A DNA stretch of 64,000 nt from an uncultured Gemmatimonadales bacterium (GTDB lineage: Bacteria; Gemmatimonadota; Gemmatimonadetes; Gemmatimonadales; GWC2-71-9), in the NCBI GenBank assembly GCA_963695555.1, contig CAVOGR010000001.1:416001-480000 (forward strand), given 5' to 3'. Both the position numbers and the translations under genes were made by a program. Below the pieces are notes generated by a model that searched no databases, was not told where the DNA came from, and was given only the letters and a program-made list of their open reading frames with translations. This document shows, one piece after another, positions 10,576 through 22,715 of this stretch. The stretch's first letter is position 1. Each line of letters opens with the position of its first letter.

Positions 10576-11641
10576 TCTTGCTCCCGTCCCCCGGGGTGGA
10601 GCCGGGTGGTTTCCTGCCCCGGCGCCGCCCGCGTCCTCGCCCTCGTCCCCGCCGGCGTCCTTTCGGTGCTTCGTGGGGTGGCGTCGCTTCGGACGGCCGT
10701 TCGGCGGGCGCTTCGGCCGCTCGAGGCGCCGACGGCGCGGGAGCCGGGGCCACCGCCGCCGCCGCCGGACCGGCACCGGTCGTCGGGTGTGCCCGCGCGC
10801 GCTCGATTTCCTCCTGGAGCGCGACCAGCGGCACGATCCGCGGCCCTTGGTCGGCGCTTCGGAGGAACACCCGCTCGCGGAAGATGTCGACCGCGACGAC
10901 CCGCTCCTTGCCGCGCTCGGTCGCGAGGTCCTTTCCTTCTTTGGGGAAGCGCTTCCGGGTCGTGACGTAGAAGTCGTGCTCGTACTTGAGACAGCACAGC
11001 AAACGGCCGCAGCCGCCTGATATTTGGGACGGATTCAGCGCCAGGTGCTGGTCCTTGGCCAGGCTCAGACTCACCGGTGAGAGCTCGGGCAACCAAGTCG
11101 AGCAACAGTACTCGCGGCCACAGCGCCCGATGCCCGTCAACCGGGCGGCTTCGTCCCGGACGCCGATCTGTCGGAGGTCGATGCGGGTCCGGAACTGCGC
11201 GGCCAAGTCGCGAACCAGCGCGCGAAAGTCGACGCGATGCTCCGCCGTGAAGAAGATGCTGAGCTTGCGGCGGTCCCACTGCCATTCTGCATCGCTGACC
11301 TTCATGGTCAGATTGTGACTGCGCACCCGTTCGATGACCCTGCGGCGGATGTCCTCTTCGATGCGTCTAAGCTCGTTGGCGGTCTTGATGTCTTGCTGGC
11401 TGGCGCGACGAAGGACGTTCCGGGGGTCGGCCGCGGGCTTGGCTCCGATGTCGCACCCGCTGCAGCCATCACCGCATTTCTTGAGCGCCACGTCGCCGAC
11501 GGCGCTGACCCAACCGAAGTCGCGGCCGCGCTCCACCTCGACGATGACCCCCTCCTTGAGCCGGAGGGGGTCGTCCGCCGCTGGCCAGACGAAGAAGTCC
11601 CGGCGGGTGCCCTTGAAGCGGACTTCGACGGTCTGGGGCAT
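10568..11641 (-). CDS. ricT: PSP1-domain protein (RicT/YaaT-like)
   Basis: FTAEHRVDFRALVRDLA, GRCGREYCC, ISGGCGRLLCCLKYE. Confidence 0.9.
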   Translation of the reverse strand: MPQTVEVRFKGTRRDFFVWPAADDPLRLKEGVIVEVERGRDFGWVSAVGDVALKKCGDGCSGCDIGAKPAADPRNVLRRASQQDIKTANELRRIEEDIRRRVIERVRSHNLTMKVSDAEWQWDRRKLSIFFTAEHRVDFRALVRDLAAQFRTRIDLRQIGVRDEAARLTGIGRCGREYCCSTWLPELSPVSLSLAKDQHLALNPSQISGGCGRLLCCLKYEHDFYVTTRKRFPKEGKDLATERGKERVVAVDIFRERVFLRSADQGPRIVPLVALQEEIERARAHPTTGAGPAAAAVAPAPAPSAPRAAEAPAERPSEATPPHEAPKGRRRGRGRGRGRRRGRKPPGSTPGDGSKSD

Positions 11642-12606
11642 CAGCTCTCGCTGAACGCGCCGATCGCTGCGTATTTGCTGGCCCGTCGGCGCACGAGCTT
11701 ATCGGGACGGGTGCGTCTGAGCTCGGTGACGTGGCGGATGAGCGCCTCGCGCACGGCTTCCTCCGTCGCCTCCGGATCGGTGTGGGCCCCGCCCGTCGGC
11801 TCGGCGATGATCTCGTCGATGACGCCGAGTCGAAGCAAGTCGTCGCCGGTGAGTTTCAAGGCCGAAGCCGCCCGTTCGCGCTGGGCCGCGTCATTCCACA
11901 AGATGGCGGCGCACCCCTCGGGCGAGATGACGGAATACACCGAGTTCTCGAGCATCAAGATCCGGTCGGCCACCCCTAGAGCCAGGGCACCGCCGGAGCC
12001 GCCCTCGCCGATCACCACACAGATGGATGGAGTCGGCAGCGCCGCCATCTCCAAGATGCTCCGGGCCAGCGCCTCGGATTGCCCGCGCTCCTCGGCTCCC
12101 AGGCCGGGGTAGGCGCCGGGCGTGTCCACCAAGGTGATGACCGGGGCGGAAAACTTCGCGGCGAGCTTCATCAGGCGCAGCGCCTTGCGGTAGCCCTCGG
12201 GATGTGGCATACCGAAGTTCCGCTTCAAGTTCTCTTTGGTGTCCCGGCCCTTCTGGTGCCCGATCACCATCACCGTATCGCCCGTCAACCTGGCCCACCC
12301 GCCCACAATGGCCAGGTCATCGCGATAGGTCCGGTCACCATGGAGCTCGATGAAGTCAGTAAAGATGGTGCTCAGGTAATCGAGCGTGTACGGCCGGCGG
12401 GGGTGCCGGGCAACTTGGACGCGTTGCATCGGAGAGAGCCCGCTGTAAATCTCGTCACGCAGGGCATACAGCTTCTTCTCCAACTGATCCACTTGCTCGG
12501 CCACGTCGATGTGGCGCTCGGTTCCGACGCGCGTGAGGTCCTCGATTTCCCGCTCGAGTTCGACCAGCGGCTTCTCGAATTCCAGCGTGTACAGCGACGA
12601 AGCCAT
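11641..12606 (-). CDS. accA: acetyl-CoA carboxylase carboxyltransferase subunit alpha
   Basis: [43 protein letters not shown]. Confidence 0.98.
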   Translation of the reverse strand: MASSLYTLEFEKPLVELEREIEDLTRVGTERHIDVAEQVDQLEKKLYALRDEIYSGLSPMQRVQVARHPRRPYTLDYLSTIFTDFIELHGDRTYRDDLAIVGGWARLTGDTVMVIGHQKGRDTKENLKRNFGMPHPEGYRKALRLMKLAAKFSAPVITLVDTPGAYPGLGAEERGQSEALARSILEMAALPTPSICVVIGEGGSGGALALGVADRILMLENSVYSVISPEGCAAILWNDAAQRERAASALKLTGDDLLRLGVIDEIIAEPTGGAHTDPEATEEAVREALIRHVTELRRTRPDKLVRRRASKYAAIGAFSES

Positions 12607-12607
12607 A

Positions 12608-15600
12608 TCAGCCAGCCTTCACGATGTGGACCGCTTCCACGCCGAAGAGATCGCGGAGCGCATGGATCAAGTCTTCCTCTGGAGTGACGCGGAGCCGCCG
12701 TGACCGCAATCGGAGCGATTCCCCGTTCCCGTCACTCCACTCAATATAGACCGGCCCCGGTCCCGGATGCGCCGCCATGAGCGCGACGGCCTGGTGCACC
12801 GCCTCAGGGTGTGGCGCTTCGGGGGTTCTCCACCGCAGCGTGACGCCGACCGCGCCGGAGGTGCGCAGATCCTCGAGTGGTCTGGCGCCCTCTACCACGA
12901 ACGGCGCGCTGTCTTCTCCACGGTCCCGGGCACTGTAGCCACCGACGAGGAGCATGGCCGCGTCCTGGACCACGACCTGATTCAGTTTGGCCCAGGTGTC
13001 CGGAAACACGATGGCCTCCGCCGTACCGTGAAAGTCCTCCAACGTGAGGCGGGCGTACTCCTTGCCGGTCTTCTTCGAGATCTGGCGCTTGACGACCGTG
13101 ACGATCGCCGCAATCGAGACTTGATGCTCGCTCCATTGGCCCAGCGTAGCCGCGGTGCGCGTGCCGAACAGCTCCACCTCATGGCGGAAGTTCTCGAGCG
13201 GATGGCCGGAAATGAAGAATCCCAGCACTTCTTTTTCTTTCGTCAGCCGCTCGGCCTCCTCCCATGCGGGGATGTCGGGCAGCGCATGCTGGATGGGAGC
13301 AGCGCGTGCCGATCCCTCGCCGAACAGCGATGCCTGCCCCACCTCGCGCTCCTGCTGGAGCAGCTGGGCCTCGGCGAGGGCGGTCTCGCTCGCGGCGAGC
13401 AATTGAGCCCGGTGCCCACCGAGGGTATCGCAGGCGCCGGCCGCGATCAGCGATTCGAGCACCCGCTTGTTGCATTGCCTCACATCGATGCGGCCGATGA
13501 AATCCCGGAGCGACGTGAACGCGCCGCCGCCCCCGCGACCCTCGATGATCGAGGTAATTGCCCCCTGACCGACATTCCGCACCGCCCCGAGGCCGAACCG
13601 GATCCGCTGGGTGCCCACCACCGTGAACTTGAAGCCTGATTCGTTGACGTCCGGCGGCAACACCTCGAGATCCATGTCGCGCGCGGCGTTGATGTATTGG
13701 ACCACCTTATCGGTGTTGCCGATTTCCGAGGACAAGAGCGCGGCCATGAATTCCGCCGGGTAATGCGTTTTGAGCCAGGCGGTTTGGTACGAGAGCATCG
13801 AGTACGCGACCGAGTGTGACTTGTTGAAGCCGTATCGGCCGAACGTTTCGATCTGGCTGGCCATGTCGTCCATCAGCTTGCGCGTGTGCCCCTGTTCCAC
13901 CCCCCGTTTCACGAATCGCCCGAGCTCCTTACGAATGAGGGCGGGAATCTTCTTCCCGACCGCCTTGCGGAGCACGTCGGCTTCCGCCAGGCTGAACCCC
14001 GCGAGGATGTTGGCGATGCGCATGACCTGTTCTTGGTACGTGATGACGCCGTAGGTCGGCTCGAGCACTTCCCGGAGCGTCTCGTGCGGGTACGTCACCT
14101 CCTCGTGGCCCAGCTTGCGGCGGATGAACACCGTATGCATCCCGGTGTCCAACGGCCCCGGGCGCATGAGCGCGTTGCACGCCACGAGATCGTCGAATCG
14201 ATCGCACTTCATGCTGCGGAGCATGTCCGTCGCCAGCGGCGACTCGAATTGGAAGACGCCTGCCGTCTGCCCCCGTCGGAGCAAGTCGTAGACGTCGGCA
14301 TCATCCACCGGGAGCTTCCCGATCGCGATACGCTCACCATGGCGTTGTTCGATCATCTGCACCGCGTCGTGGATGACGGTGAGCGTCTTGAGGCCGAGGA
14401 GGTCCATCTTCAGCATCCCGGCCTTCTCCAGCCCCAGCATGTCGTACTGCGTGATGATGGCGTCCTCGCCGCCGGTACTCTGGCCGGCGCCCTTGGTGGG
14501 CGTGGTACAGACGGGGACGTACTCATGGAGAGGGCCAGGCGCGATGACGATACCGGCCGCGTGGACACTCGCGTGGCGGGCAATGCCCTCGATGCGCGCA
14601 CCGAGATCGACCAGCCGACGGTACACCTCGCCGCGCGAGGTGAGGCCACGCAGCTCCTTGACCTTCTTCACCGCCTCCGGGATGGTGAGACTGTACGCCG
14701 GGCCGGACGGGATCAACTTGGTGATCTTGTCGGCCTCGGCGGGTGGCAGCTTGAGGACGCGCGCGACGTCCTTGATGGCCGCCCGAGCCTTGAGCGTCCC
14801 GAAGGTGATGATCTGGCCGACGCTGTCCCGGCCGTACCGTTGACGGACATACTCGATGACCTCGCCGCGCCGCTCGAAGCAAAAGTCCACGTCGATGTCC
14901 GGCATCGAGATCCGTTCGGGGTTCAGGAACCGCTCGAACAGGAGATCGAACCGGAGCGGGTCCACGTCCGTGATGCCCAACGCATAGGCCACGAGTGAGC
15001 CCGCGGCCGAGCCGCGGCCCGGTCCTACCGGTATGCCACGCTCGCGCGCGGCCGCAATGATGTCTTGGACGATCAGGAAATACCCGGCGTATCCCGAGGC
15101 ATTGATGACGCCGAGTTCGTAGCGGAGGCGCTCCTCCACGGCAGGCGCCGCCGGTGAGCCATAGCGGTCCGCCGCGCCGCGGGTGGCGAGATGGGCGAGG
15201 AGATCTTCGTCCGATGCGAATTCGGCCGGCCGCGGAAACTGCGGAACCAAGTACTGCTTTTCAAAAGTGAATTCGCAGAGATTCGCGATGTCCTGCGTGT
15301 TTGCCAGGGTCTCAGGATGGTCCGGAAAAAGCGCCTGCATTTCCGATTCGGATTTGACGTACGACTCCTGTCCGGTAAACCGGAATCGGTTGGGATCGTC
15401 GAGGTCGCTCCCGGTGCCGATGGCGAGAAGCACGTCGTGGGCCTCTGCATCCTCGCGCCGCAAGTAGTGCGCGTCGTTCGTCGCGACCACGCCGATACCG
15501 AGTTCGTCGCCCAATTGCAACATGCCCGCCGCGACGACATCCTCGTCGGGAATCCCGTGCTTCTGGATTTCCAACCAAAAACCGTTCGGCCCGAAGGTCT

Positions 15601-16093
15601 GCGCGAACCATCGGGCCGAGTCTCTCGCCTTGTCGTACGCGCCCTGGCGCAGGTACAACGCAACCTCGCCCGACAGGCACGCGGCCAGGCACACGAGTCC
15701 GTCTGCGTGCTTGGCCAGCACCTCCCGGTCGATCCGGGGGCGGCGGTAGAATCCTTCCAGGTAGCCGATCGACGTGAGGCGAACCAGGTTGTGATAGCCG
15801 ACCTTGTTCTTGGCCAGAAGGACCAAGTGGCTGTAGGGGGCTGGGGCCCAGGGCGGCTTCTGCTGCTCGCGGCGGGAGCCGAACGCGACATACGCCTCGC
15901 AGCCCAGAATCGGCCGGATCTGCTTCGCCTTGGCCGCCTCGTAAAAGGTCCAGGCGGCGTGCATGTTGCCATGGTCGGTGATGGCGAGACTGTCCATCCC
16001 CAGCTGCTTGACGTGATCGACCAGGTCATGGACCCGGTTCGCCCCGTCGAGCAGGGAATACTCGCTATGGGTATGGAGGTGGACGAACGCCAT
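12608..16093 (-). CDS. dnaE: DNA polymerase III subunit alpha
   Basis: PHP domain [38 protein letters not shown]. Confidence 0.99.
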   Translation of the reverse strand: MAFVHLHTHSEYSLLDGANRVHDLVDHVKQLGMDSLAITDHGNMHAAWTFYEAAKAKQIRPILGCEAYVAFGSRREQQKPPWAPAPYSHLVLLAKNKVGYHNLVRLTSIGYLEGFYRRPRIDREVLAKHADGLVCLAACLSGEVALYLRQGAYDKARDSARWFAQTFGPNGFWLEIQKHGIPDEDVVAAGMLQLGDELGIGVVATNDAHYLRREDAEAHDVLLAIGTGSDLDDPNRFRFTGQESYVKSESEMQALFPDHPETLANTQDIANLCEFTFEKQYLVPQFPRPAEFASDEDLLAHLATRGAADRYGSPAAPAVEERLRYELGVINASGYAGYFLIVQDIIAAARERGIPVGPGRGSAAGSLVAYALGITDVDPLRFDLLFERFLNPERISMPDIDVDFCFERRGEVIEYVRQRYGRDSVGQIITFGTLKARAAIKDVARVLKLPPAEADKITKLIPSGPAYSLTIPEAVKKVKELRGLTSRGEVYRRLVDLGARIEGIARHASVHAAGIVIAPGPLHEYVPVCTTPTKGAGQSTGGEDAIITQYDMLGLEKAGMLKMDLLGLKTLTVIHDAVQMIEQRHGERIAIGKLPVDDADVYDLLRRGQTAGVFQFESPLATDMLRSMKCDRFDDLVACNALMRPGPLDTGMHTVFIRRKLGHEEVTYPHETLREVLEPTYGVITYQEQVMRIANILAGFSLAEADVLRKAVGKKIPALIRKELGRFVKRGVEQGHTRKLMDDMASQIETFGRYGFNKSHSVAYSMLSYQTAWLKTHYPAEFMAALLSSEIGNTDKVVQYINAARDMDLEVLPPDVNESGFKFTVVGTQRIRFGLGAVRNVGQGAITSIIEGRGGGGAFTSLRDFIGRIDVRQCNKRVLESLIAAGACDTLGGHRAQLLAASETALAEAQLLQQEREVGQASLFGEGSARAAPIQHALPDIPAWEEAERLTKEKEVLGFFISGHPLENFRHEVELFGTRTAATLGQWSEHQVSIAAIVTVVKRQISKKTGKEYARLTLEDFHGTAEAIVFPDTWAKLNQVVVQDAAMLLVGGYSARDRGEDSAPFVVEGARPLEDLRTSGAVGVTLRWRTPEAPHPEAVHQAVALMAAHPGPGPVYIEWSDGNGESLRLRSRRLRVTPEEDLIHALRDLFGVEAVHIVKAG

Positions 16094-16281
16094 GGGTTAC
16101 CCGCCGCCCGGGCCGCCGCGGTGCCCCTCGCCTTGGCATGGTTGCTGCGCCGGCAGGGGCGGGGCCTGGGGTACCGAAGAAGGACATCCCTCCCGGTGAG
16201 GCCGACGTAAAACCTCGCTGTCGGGCCCGGGAGGGTCAGGAAATCACGGTCACTGAATCAAGCTACCCGGCCACAATACGA

Positions 16282-16311
16282 TTGTCAAAAGGCGTTGCAA
16301 TACCATATCTT
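16282..16311 (+). promoter_or_regulatory. possible sigma70-type promoter
   Basis: TTGTCA-18 nt-TATCTT in an AT-richer patch upstream of the 16358 gene. Confidence 0.35.
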
Positions 16312-16357
16312 GCGGCGTTCGGCCGCGTTCCCAGCCTCCCACCTCGGAGCCCTCGTC

Positions 16358-18061
16358 GTGAAGCGTCTGTCCCTCGTGATTGTCCTGCCGGCCGCCTGGC
16401 TGGCCGCCTGCGGCGGAGCCGATCCCGTCGCTCCACCGCCACCGCCCCCCGCCTTGAATTGTGCCACCACGCCCGCCTCTGCCCTGGCGGCCGGGGCCCA
16501 CGTCCTGGTCGACCCGCTCACCTCCGGCGGCTGCCTCAAGCTTCCCTCGGCCGGCGTCGGCGGTGCGGAGCACCTGGTGGTGGCGGTATCGACCGCCGGC
16601 ACTGAGACTCCGGCGGGTATCAGCGAGGCCTACACCCTGACGGGGCAGCCCGCGGCAGGGGTGGCAACGGCTGCCCGTGGGGCGCTGCCCTCGCCGGCCC
16701 TCCGGGCGTTCCGACCTTCGCTTCCGGCCGATCGATTCCACCTGAGCCTCAGGCAGCGCGAGCGAGAACTGGCACGCGACCCCCGCGCCCAGTTCTCGAG
16801 GGGAGCGGTCAGCACCGCGCTTTCGGTGCCGCCGCCCGTCGGCGATCAGCGGGATTTCCAGGTGTGTGCGGAGACGTCGTGCAGCAGCTTCATCACCGTC
16901 ACGGCCACCGCCAAGTACGTCGGCCCGAGGGGCGCCATCTACCTGGATGACACGGTACCGGCCGGCGGCCTCACCCAGGCGGACATCGATTCACTGGGGA
17001 TGTTGTTCGACGGCGGCGCGGTCAACATGTACACCATCGACAGCACCGCCTTCGGTGCCGAATCGGACCTCGACACCAACAACGTTGCCATCATCCTCCT
17101 GACCGACGCGGTGAACGCGTTGAGCGGTAACTGCAATTCCACCGGCAGCGTCATCCTGGGCTTCTTCTTCGGCCTGGATCTCTTCCCCGGCATGGCCAAC
17201 TCGAATGGGGGGGAGGTCTTCTACGGGTTCGTTCCCGACCCTGCCAACCCGTCCTGCACGGTGAGCAAGAACTTCGTCGCATCCATTCTTCCGCCGACAT
17301 TCATTCATGAATTCCACCACATGATCAGTTTCAACCAACGGGTGCTGGTGCGCTCGGGACAAGCGGAAGACACCTGGCTCAACGAGGCACTGTCGCACTT
17401 CGCTGAGGAACTCGGTGGGAGGCTGTTGCCGGACGGTTTCGCCCTCGGGACCGCTCCCGACCGATTCTCTCAGTTTTTGACCGGCAATGTGAGCAATGCG
17501 TACGACTATTTGGAAGATCCGGAAGCGACCTTTCTGATTACGCCGGGGAATTCCACGGGGACGCTCAAGGAGCGGGGCGCCAACTGGCTGTTCATCCGCT
17601 GGATTGCCGATCACTTCGATTCCGACCCCAACGGCGCCAACCTGACGCGCGCCCTGGTCCAGACGACCCGTGCCGGATCGGCCAACGTCGCGGCCGCGAC
17701 GGGGGTCGCGTTCTCGACGCTCGTTCCAGAATGGCAGCTCGCCAACTATTTGGACAATCTCACGGGCTTCACGCCGCAGAGCACGCGGCTGCAATACGAG
17801 AGCTGGAACTTCCGGAGCACCTTCGCCTCGCTCAATCAACAGGCGCCCGGCACCTTCCCGCGGCCCTATCCGCTGGTGCCCGACCAGAGTGCGAACGGGA
17901 CCTACACGCGCACCGGGACCCTGCGGAGCGGCAGCGGACGGCACATTGTGGTCACGCAAAGCGCGTCCGCTGATTCTCTGGAACTTCGCTTGAGGAATGG
18001 CGCGGGTGCCCCCCTGTCTTCGACCATCGCCGCGCGCTATGGAGTGGTGCGCATTCGCTGA
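16358..18061 (+). CDS. lipoprotein zinc metallopeptidase (M30/gluzincin-like)
   Basis: Lipobox LAAC; HEFHH followed by WLNEALS; NSNGGEVFY. Confidence 0.75.
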   Translation: MKRLSLVIVLPAAWLAACGGADPVAPPPPPPALNCATTPASALAAGAHVLVDPLTSGGCLKLPSAGVGGAEHLVVAVSTAGTETPAGISEAYTLTGQPAAGVATAARGALPSPALRAFRPSLPADRFHLSLRQRERELARDPRAQFSRGAVSTALSVPPPVGDQRDFQVCAETSCSSFITVTATAKYVGPRGAIYLDDTVPAGGLTQADIDSLGMLFDGGAVNMYTIDSTAFGAESDLDTNNVAIILLTDAVNALSGNCNSTGSVILGFFFGLDLFPGMANSNGGEVFYGFVPDPANPSCTVSKNFVASILPPTFIHEFHHMISFNQRVLVRSGQAEDTWLNEALSHFAEELGGRLLPDGFALGTAPDRFSQFLTGNVSNAYDYLEDPEATFLITPGNSTGTLKERGANWLFIRWIADHFDSDPNGANLTRALVQTTRAGSANVAAATGVAFSTLVPEWQLANYLDNLTGFTPQSTRLQYESWNFRSTFASLNQQAPGTFPRPYPLVPDQSANGTYTRTGTLRSGSGRHIVVTQSASADSLELRLRNGAGAPLSSTIAARYGVVRIR

Positions 18062-19001
18062 CGCGAGTTTTCCACGTCAGGCTCCGCGGGTCGAGCGGAG
18101 ACGGCCCCACCCCACGCGCTCGGCGCGACTGGTGCGGGCCGCCGCGTTCGCCGGCCTCGTGCTGCTACCTGCGTGGCTCCCGGCCCAGACGGCTCCCGCT
18201 CCGCTGATCCTGCGGCTCCCCGGCTCCGTGCGGAGCGCGGGCATGGCCGGGGCAAGCGTGGCCGTGGTGGGCTTTGCCGGGAGCATCTTCGTGAACCCCA
18301 CCGGCATCGCGACCATCGGCTCGTTGAGTGCCGAGGGCGCGTATGAGCACCACCCGGATCGCTCCACCTTCGGCGCGGCCGCCCTCGCGGTCCGGCTCGG
18401 GCAATTCGACTTTGGCGCGGGCTACGGACGGCTCAGACTCCGTGATACCGCCGCGGTTCCATTGAACGACCTGTGGGTGGCCTCAGCGGTCTATCGATTC
18501 GGCCTCACGGCAGTCGGCGCCTCGCTCAAGTACCTGACGGTCGAGGACAGCGCGGGGACGCTGAGCCAGGGGGTGACGAGTGATGTCGGTTTGACCGTGG
18601 CCGTCTTCGACATCATGGCGCTGGCCGTGAGCGTGCAGAATCTCGGCCGAGATGCCGTTTCCGGTCCGCTCCTGACGCTGCCCACGACGACGCATCTGGG
18701 CTTTACCTTGAATTTCGTCGATCCACAATCGACGGTTCGGTTGTTGGGAACGCTCGAGGGTGTCTGGACGGAAGGAGAGCGCGGCCGCACCGTGTGGGGG
18801 CTGGAGACCGGCGTCGTCCTGGGTGGGGTAGGGCTCGTGGGACGGCTGGGCAACGGAGCCCAACCAAGCGGGACGGGATTCTCGCGATGGGCCTACGGCG
18901 CGGGGGTCGAGTTGGGGCGGCTCCACCTCGATTGGGCCTATCAGGACCAGAGCGTGTTCGGCGCCGGGCTCCATCGGTTCGGCGCCCGGTGGACCCCATG
19001 A
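18039..19001 (+). CDS. PorV/PorQ-like outer-membrane barrel protein
   Basis: RSAGMAGASVA...SIFVNPTG N-terminal motif and beta-strand pattern; start uncertain. Confidence 0.6.
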   Translation: MEWCAFADASFPRQAPRVERRRPHPTRSARLVRAAAFAGLVLLPAWLPAQTAPAPLILRLPGSVRSAGMAGASVAVVGFAGSIFVNPTGIATIGSLSAEGAYEHHPDRSTFGAAALAVRLGQFDFGAGYGRLRLRDTAAVPLNDLWVASAVYRFGLTAVGASLKYLTVEDSAGTLSQGVTSDVGLTVAVFDIMALAVSVQNLGRDAVSGPLLTLPTTTHLGFTLNFVDPQSTVRLLGTLEGVWTEGERGRTVWGLETGVVLGGVGLVGRLGNGAQPSGTGFSRWAYGAGVELGRLHLDWAYQDQSVFGAGLHRFGARWTP

Positions 19002-20131
19002 GACGACGGAGGAAAGCGGCGATGATCTTTCTCGTGTTGGTTGGTGCACTCTTCGTGGGGTACGGCACCGCGTACGTGGTGAGCGACGACGTCCGCTACC
19101 TCACGCGGGCCGGCTTCGAGGAAACGCGGATTCTCCAGGCTCGACAACCCATCGAGCGCCTCATCCGCGATTCGAGCATCGCGTCCGACACGCGCGCCTC
19201 CCTCTCGCTCGTGCTCGAGAGTCGTGACTACGCCGCCGCACTGGGGCTCGAGGCGAAGAAGACCTATACGACCTTCGCCGACGTGGGGCGAGATACGTTG
19301 CTTATGGTGCTGTCGGCCTCGCCCAAGGACTGCCTCTGCCCGCACACCTGGAAGTATCCGATCGTCGGGCGCGTGCCGTACAAAGGATTCTTCGATTTCG
19401 ACATGGCGAGGGACGCAGCCGAAGAAATGGAACGCCGGGGCTACGACACCTATCTCCGGCCGTCCGCGGCATTCTCGACGCTGGGCTGGTTCAACGATCC
19501 CTTGCTCTCCACGGCGCTCGAGCGCGACTCCACCGAGTTGTCGGCTCTCGTGTTTCATGAGATTGCCCACAACACCTTGTACGTGAAGAGCGCCACACCG
19601 TTCAACGAGAGCTTCGCGCAAATGGTTGGATACCGCGCGGCGCAGTCTTTCTACCGGAGCCGGGGCGACTCGGCCCGGGCGGAACGCGCGGCTGGCCGCT
19701 GGCACGATGAGGTCCTGCTGTCGGGTTACTACTACGAGCTCAGTCGGCGGCTCGATTCGATCTACGGGAGTGGCGCCGACTCCACCGCCCTCGATGCCGG
19801 ACGTTCAGAAGTGGCCCGATGGGCCCGCGAGCAACTCCAGGACTCCCTCGCGCCGAGGTTCCGCACCTATCGTATCGGCCCACTCACTGAACGCCCCATC
19901 AACAACGCCCGGATCATCGCCGCGCGGATCTACCGCACGAGACTCGATCTCTTCGAGGCCTGGTTCCAACAACAGGGTCAGGATATCGCGGACGCGGTTC
20001 GCCAACTCGAGGTGCTCGAATCGGGTGCGATCGGCGACGAGGCGTATCAGCGATTGGAGCGGGCGCTCGACTCTACGGCCGCTCGTGGGTCTCCAGTAAT
20101 TCCTGATACACGGCCAAGTCCCCAGCGCTGA
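18998..20131 (+). CDS. putative zinc aminopeptidase (Aminopep family)
   Basis: [36 protein letters not shown]. Confidence 0.88.
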   Translation: MRRRRKAAMIFLVLVGALFVGYGTAYVVSDDVRYLTRAGFEETRILQARQPIERLIRDSSIASDTRASLSLVLESRDYAAALGLEAKKTYTTFADVGRDTLLMVLSASPKDCLCPHTWKYPIVGRVPYKGFFDFDMARDAAEEMERRGYDTYLRPSAAFSTLGWFNDPLLSTALERDSTELSALVFHEIAHNTLYVKSATPFNESFAQMVGYRAAQSFYRSRGDSARAERAAGRWHDEVLLSGYYYELSRRLDSIYGSGADSTALDAGRSEVARWAREQLQDSLAPRFRTYRIGPLTERPINNARIIAARIYRTRLDLFEAWFQQQGQDIADAVRQLEVLESGAIGDEAYQRLERALDSTAARGSPVIPDTRPSPQR

Positions 20132-20591
20132 AGCACACGAACCGGACGAGTTCGAACCCGCTGCGTGGCCGAACGAGCCGCTGGGTGGTGTCGACCGCGA
20201 TGGCTGCGGCCTGGCGGATGGGATACCCGTAGGCACCGGTGCCGATCGACGGCAACGCGATGCTGCGGACGCCGTGCTGAAGGGCGAGGTCGAGGACGCT
20301 CTCGTAGCAGCGGCGCAAGAGATCCGGTTCGCCATTGGTGCCACCCGACCACACCGGCCCCACCGTGTGAATCACGTAGCGGGCCGGGAGCCGGAACCCG
20401 GCGGTGAGCCGCGCCTCGCCCGTGGGGCAGCCTCCGAGCTTGGCGCACGCGGCGCGCAGTTCCGGACCCGCCGCGCGGTGGATGGCTCCATCGACCCCGC
20501 CGCCTCCCAGGAGCGTGGTGTTGGCGGCGTTGACGATGGCATCGACCGTCTCACGGGTGATATCGCCCTGTATCGCTTCGATATGCGCCAT
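20073..20591 (-). CDS. macro domain O-acetyl-ADP-ribose deacetylase (YmdB-like)
   Basis: [34 protein letters not shown]. Confidence 0.93.
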   Translation of the reverse strand: MAHIEAIQGDITRETVDAIVNAANTTLLGGGGVDGAIHRAAGPELRAACAKLGGCPTGEARLTAGFRLPARYVIHTVGPVWSGGTNGEPDLLRRCYESVLDLALQHGVRSIALPSIGTGAYGYPIRQAAAIAVDTTQRLVRPRSGFELVRFVCFSAGDLAVYQELLETHERP

Positions 20592-20750
20592 GGTCTGCTC
20601 GCCTCCGAGGACCGGGTATTCGAGTATACGGCCCGCAGGCCCCTGAGCCAACGGACCGAATGCCCCGGGCGTGAGGCTCGCGCCGGGGCCGATTCGGTGT
20701 AGTTTTCCTCTCACTACCGTATCAAAACCTTCCGCTTTTGGTGACCCTTC

Positions 20751-22121
20751 ATGGATGCAACATTCGTCGAGCGTGAGCGGGATCGCATGCTCAAAGAACT
20801 GTCCGAATTCCTCGCCATTCCGAGCATCAGCACGTTGCCGTCCCACGCGGCCGACTGCCGCCGCGCGGCAAGCTGGGCTGCGACCGAGCTCAGGACCTTG
20901 GGATGTCCCGTGGTTGAGATCATCGAGAACAAGGGCAACCCCATTGTGTGGGCGGAGAGCCCGAAAGTGCCGGGGAAGCCGACGATCCTGATTTACGGTC
21001 ACTACGACGTGCAGCCGCCCGATCCATTGAACGAGTGGCACTCACCCCCGTTCGAACCGACGGTGCGCGATGGCAAGCTGTACGCCCGGGGCGCAGTCGA
21101 CGACAAGGGACAGGTGTACTGTCTGTTCAAGGCGTACGAGGCCGCGCGCGACGTCAACCGAAATCCTCCGCTGAACGTCCATTGGATCCTCGAGGGAGAA
21201 GAAGAGTGCGGCGGTGAGGCCATCGAGCATCTGCTCAAGGCCCAGCCCGAGCGTACCGCAGTCGATGCCGTGCTGGTCTGCGACGCAGGGTACTACGCGC
21301 CGGGCATCCCCGCCGTCTATACGGCGCTTCGAGGGATGTGTTACGCCGAGATCTCAGTTCGGACCGCGCTCAGCGATCTCCACTCCGGTCTCTACGGCGG
21401 TGCCGTGCCGAACGCGCTCGAGACCTTGGTCCGCCTGTTATCCCAGCTCAAGGACGACTCAGGGAAGATCAACGTTCCCCGGCTCTACAAATCGGTGATT
21501 CCGCCGACCAAAGCCGAGCTCAAAGCCTGGAAGAGCCTGCCCTTCAAGAAGAAACATTTCATGGAGAAAGAGACCACCACGAAAACCCTCACCGGGCTCA
21601 AGGAATATTCGGTGTTCGAGCGGCTCTGGGCGCTGCCGACCTTCGACATTCACGGCATCATGGGGGGATTCACCGGCGAGGGCGCCAAGACCGTCATTCC
21701 AGCCCAGGCTACCGCCAAGGTCAGCCTCCGCCTGGTACCCGGACTCGAATACGGGAAGGTCTTAAAGCAGCTGGACACGGCCGTCCAGCGCCTGGCTCCG
21801 TCGTGGGCGGAGGTGAGTGTGCGCGCGATCCACGGGGCCGATCCGGTGCAGATCGACGTCTCAGCGCCCGCCTTCGCGGTGTTGGATCAAGCTTTCGAAG
21901 AAGTGGTTGGCCGGAAGTCGGTCGCGGTACGCTCAGGCGGCTCGATTCCGGTGGTGTCTCAACTGGGCGCCCGGGGAGCGCCGGTGCTGCTCACGGGGGT
22001 CGGCCTGCCGGACGACGGCCTCCACGCACCAAACGAGAAGATCGACCTGGATCAGGTGTGGGACGGTATCAACGTGTTCGGCCGCTTCTTCGAGCTCCTG
22101 GCGGAACGCGGAGCGGCCTAA
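20751..22121 (+). CDS. M20 family dipeptidase
   Basis: [32 protein letters not shown]. Confidence 0.93.
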   Translation: MDATFVERERDRMLKELSEFLAIPSISTLPSHAADCRRAASWAATELRTLGCPVVEIIENKGNPIVWAESPKVPGKPTILIYGHYDVQPPDPLNEWHSPPFEPTVRDGKLYARGAVDDKGQVYCLFKAYEAARDVNRNPPLNVHWILEGEEECGGEAIEHLLKAQPERTAVDAVLVCDAGYYAPGIPAVYTALRGMCYAEISVRTALSDLHSGLYGGAVPNALETLVRLLSQLKDDSGKINVPRLYKSVIPPTKAELKAWKSLPFKKKHFMEKETTTKTLTGLKEYSVFERLWALPTFDIHGIMGGFTGEGAKTVIPAQATAKVSLRLVPGLEYGKVLKQLDTAVQRLAPSWAEVSVRAIHGADPVQIDVSAPAFAVLDQAFEEVVGRKSVAVRSGGSIPVVSQLGARGAPVLLTGVGLPDDGLHAPNEKIDLDQVWDGINVFGRFFELLAERGAA

Positions 22122-22675
22122 GGCGAGTAGCTCTCTTCCTCCCGATCGCCCTCGCCTCCCGCCTCGGGCGGGGGCCCGTAGCGCGCCGCGAGATCGTCCA
22201 CCCCAATCACGGCGCGCACCGAGGCAATGATGCCCGCTACCACGTCGTCGGCCCAGTAGGCGTCGGGCCGTTCCGCCGCCGGCAATGCCGCGGCGCAGCT
22301 CTCCAGATACTGGATGGAGGTCGTGACCCACTCGCTCTGGGCCGTTGGGACGGTGGCCCAGGACCCAGTTGAGCGCAGTTCCAGTTCGGCAAGCGCTTCG
22401 AGGTGTTCTTCGATGCCGCCAATCACTGGCCGGCTCCTGAGCTGCCCCGCGACCGACTCCAACATCGTTCTGCGCTCCGCCTGCTGGGGCTCCGGCAACG
22501 GAACGAGGTAATGCCGCTGGTCCGCCACCATCTCGGCGAGCCGGACACATACCGCGCGGATCGCCGGCGTGAGCGAGGCCGGCGCCTCTCTGGCCCAACT
22601 CGACGCGGCCTGCAGAATCTGCGTGACCGTCCCCTCGGCCGAGTTCATGGTGCCGGATTCCGAAGTCTCGCGCAT
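22118..22675 (-). CDS. hypothetical alpha-helical protein
   Basis: Fills the gap downstream of lipB with plausible composition; no motif recognised; start uncertain. Confidence 0.6.
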   Translation of the reverse strand: MRETSESGTMNSAEGTVTQILQAASSWAREAPASLTPAIRAVCVRLAEMVADQRHYLVPLPEPQQAERRTMLESVAGQLRSRPVIGGIEEHLEALAELELRSTGSWATVPTAQSEWVTTSIQYLESCAAALPAAERPDAYWADDVVAGIIASVRAVIGVDDLAARYGPPPEAGGEGDREEESYSP

Positions 22676-22715
22676 GACACGGAGGATGAGGGGATCTGGC
22701 CCGAAAGGCAACGGT

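Noticed and set aside
12608..16093. Possible intein or split in dnaE
   Set aside because: Length (1161 aa) and motif order are normal; no splice motifs seen
20073..20591. Macro domain as part of a DarTG or other defence system
   Set aside because: Stand-alone YmdB-type protein with no toxin, sirtuin or ADP-ribosyltransferase neighbour
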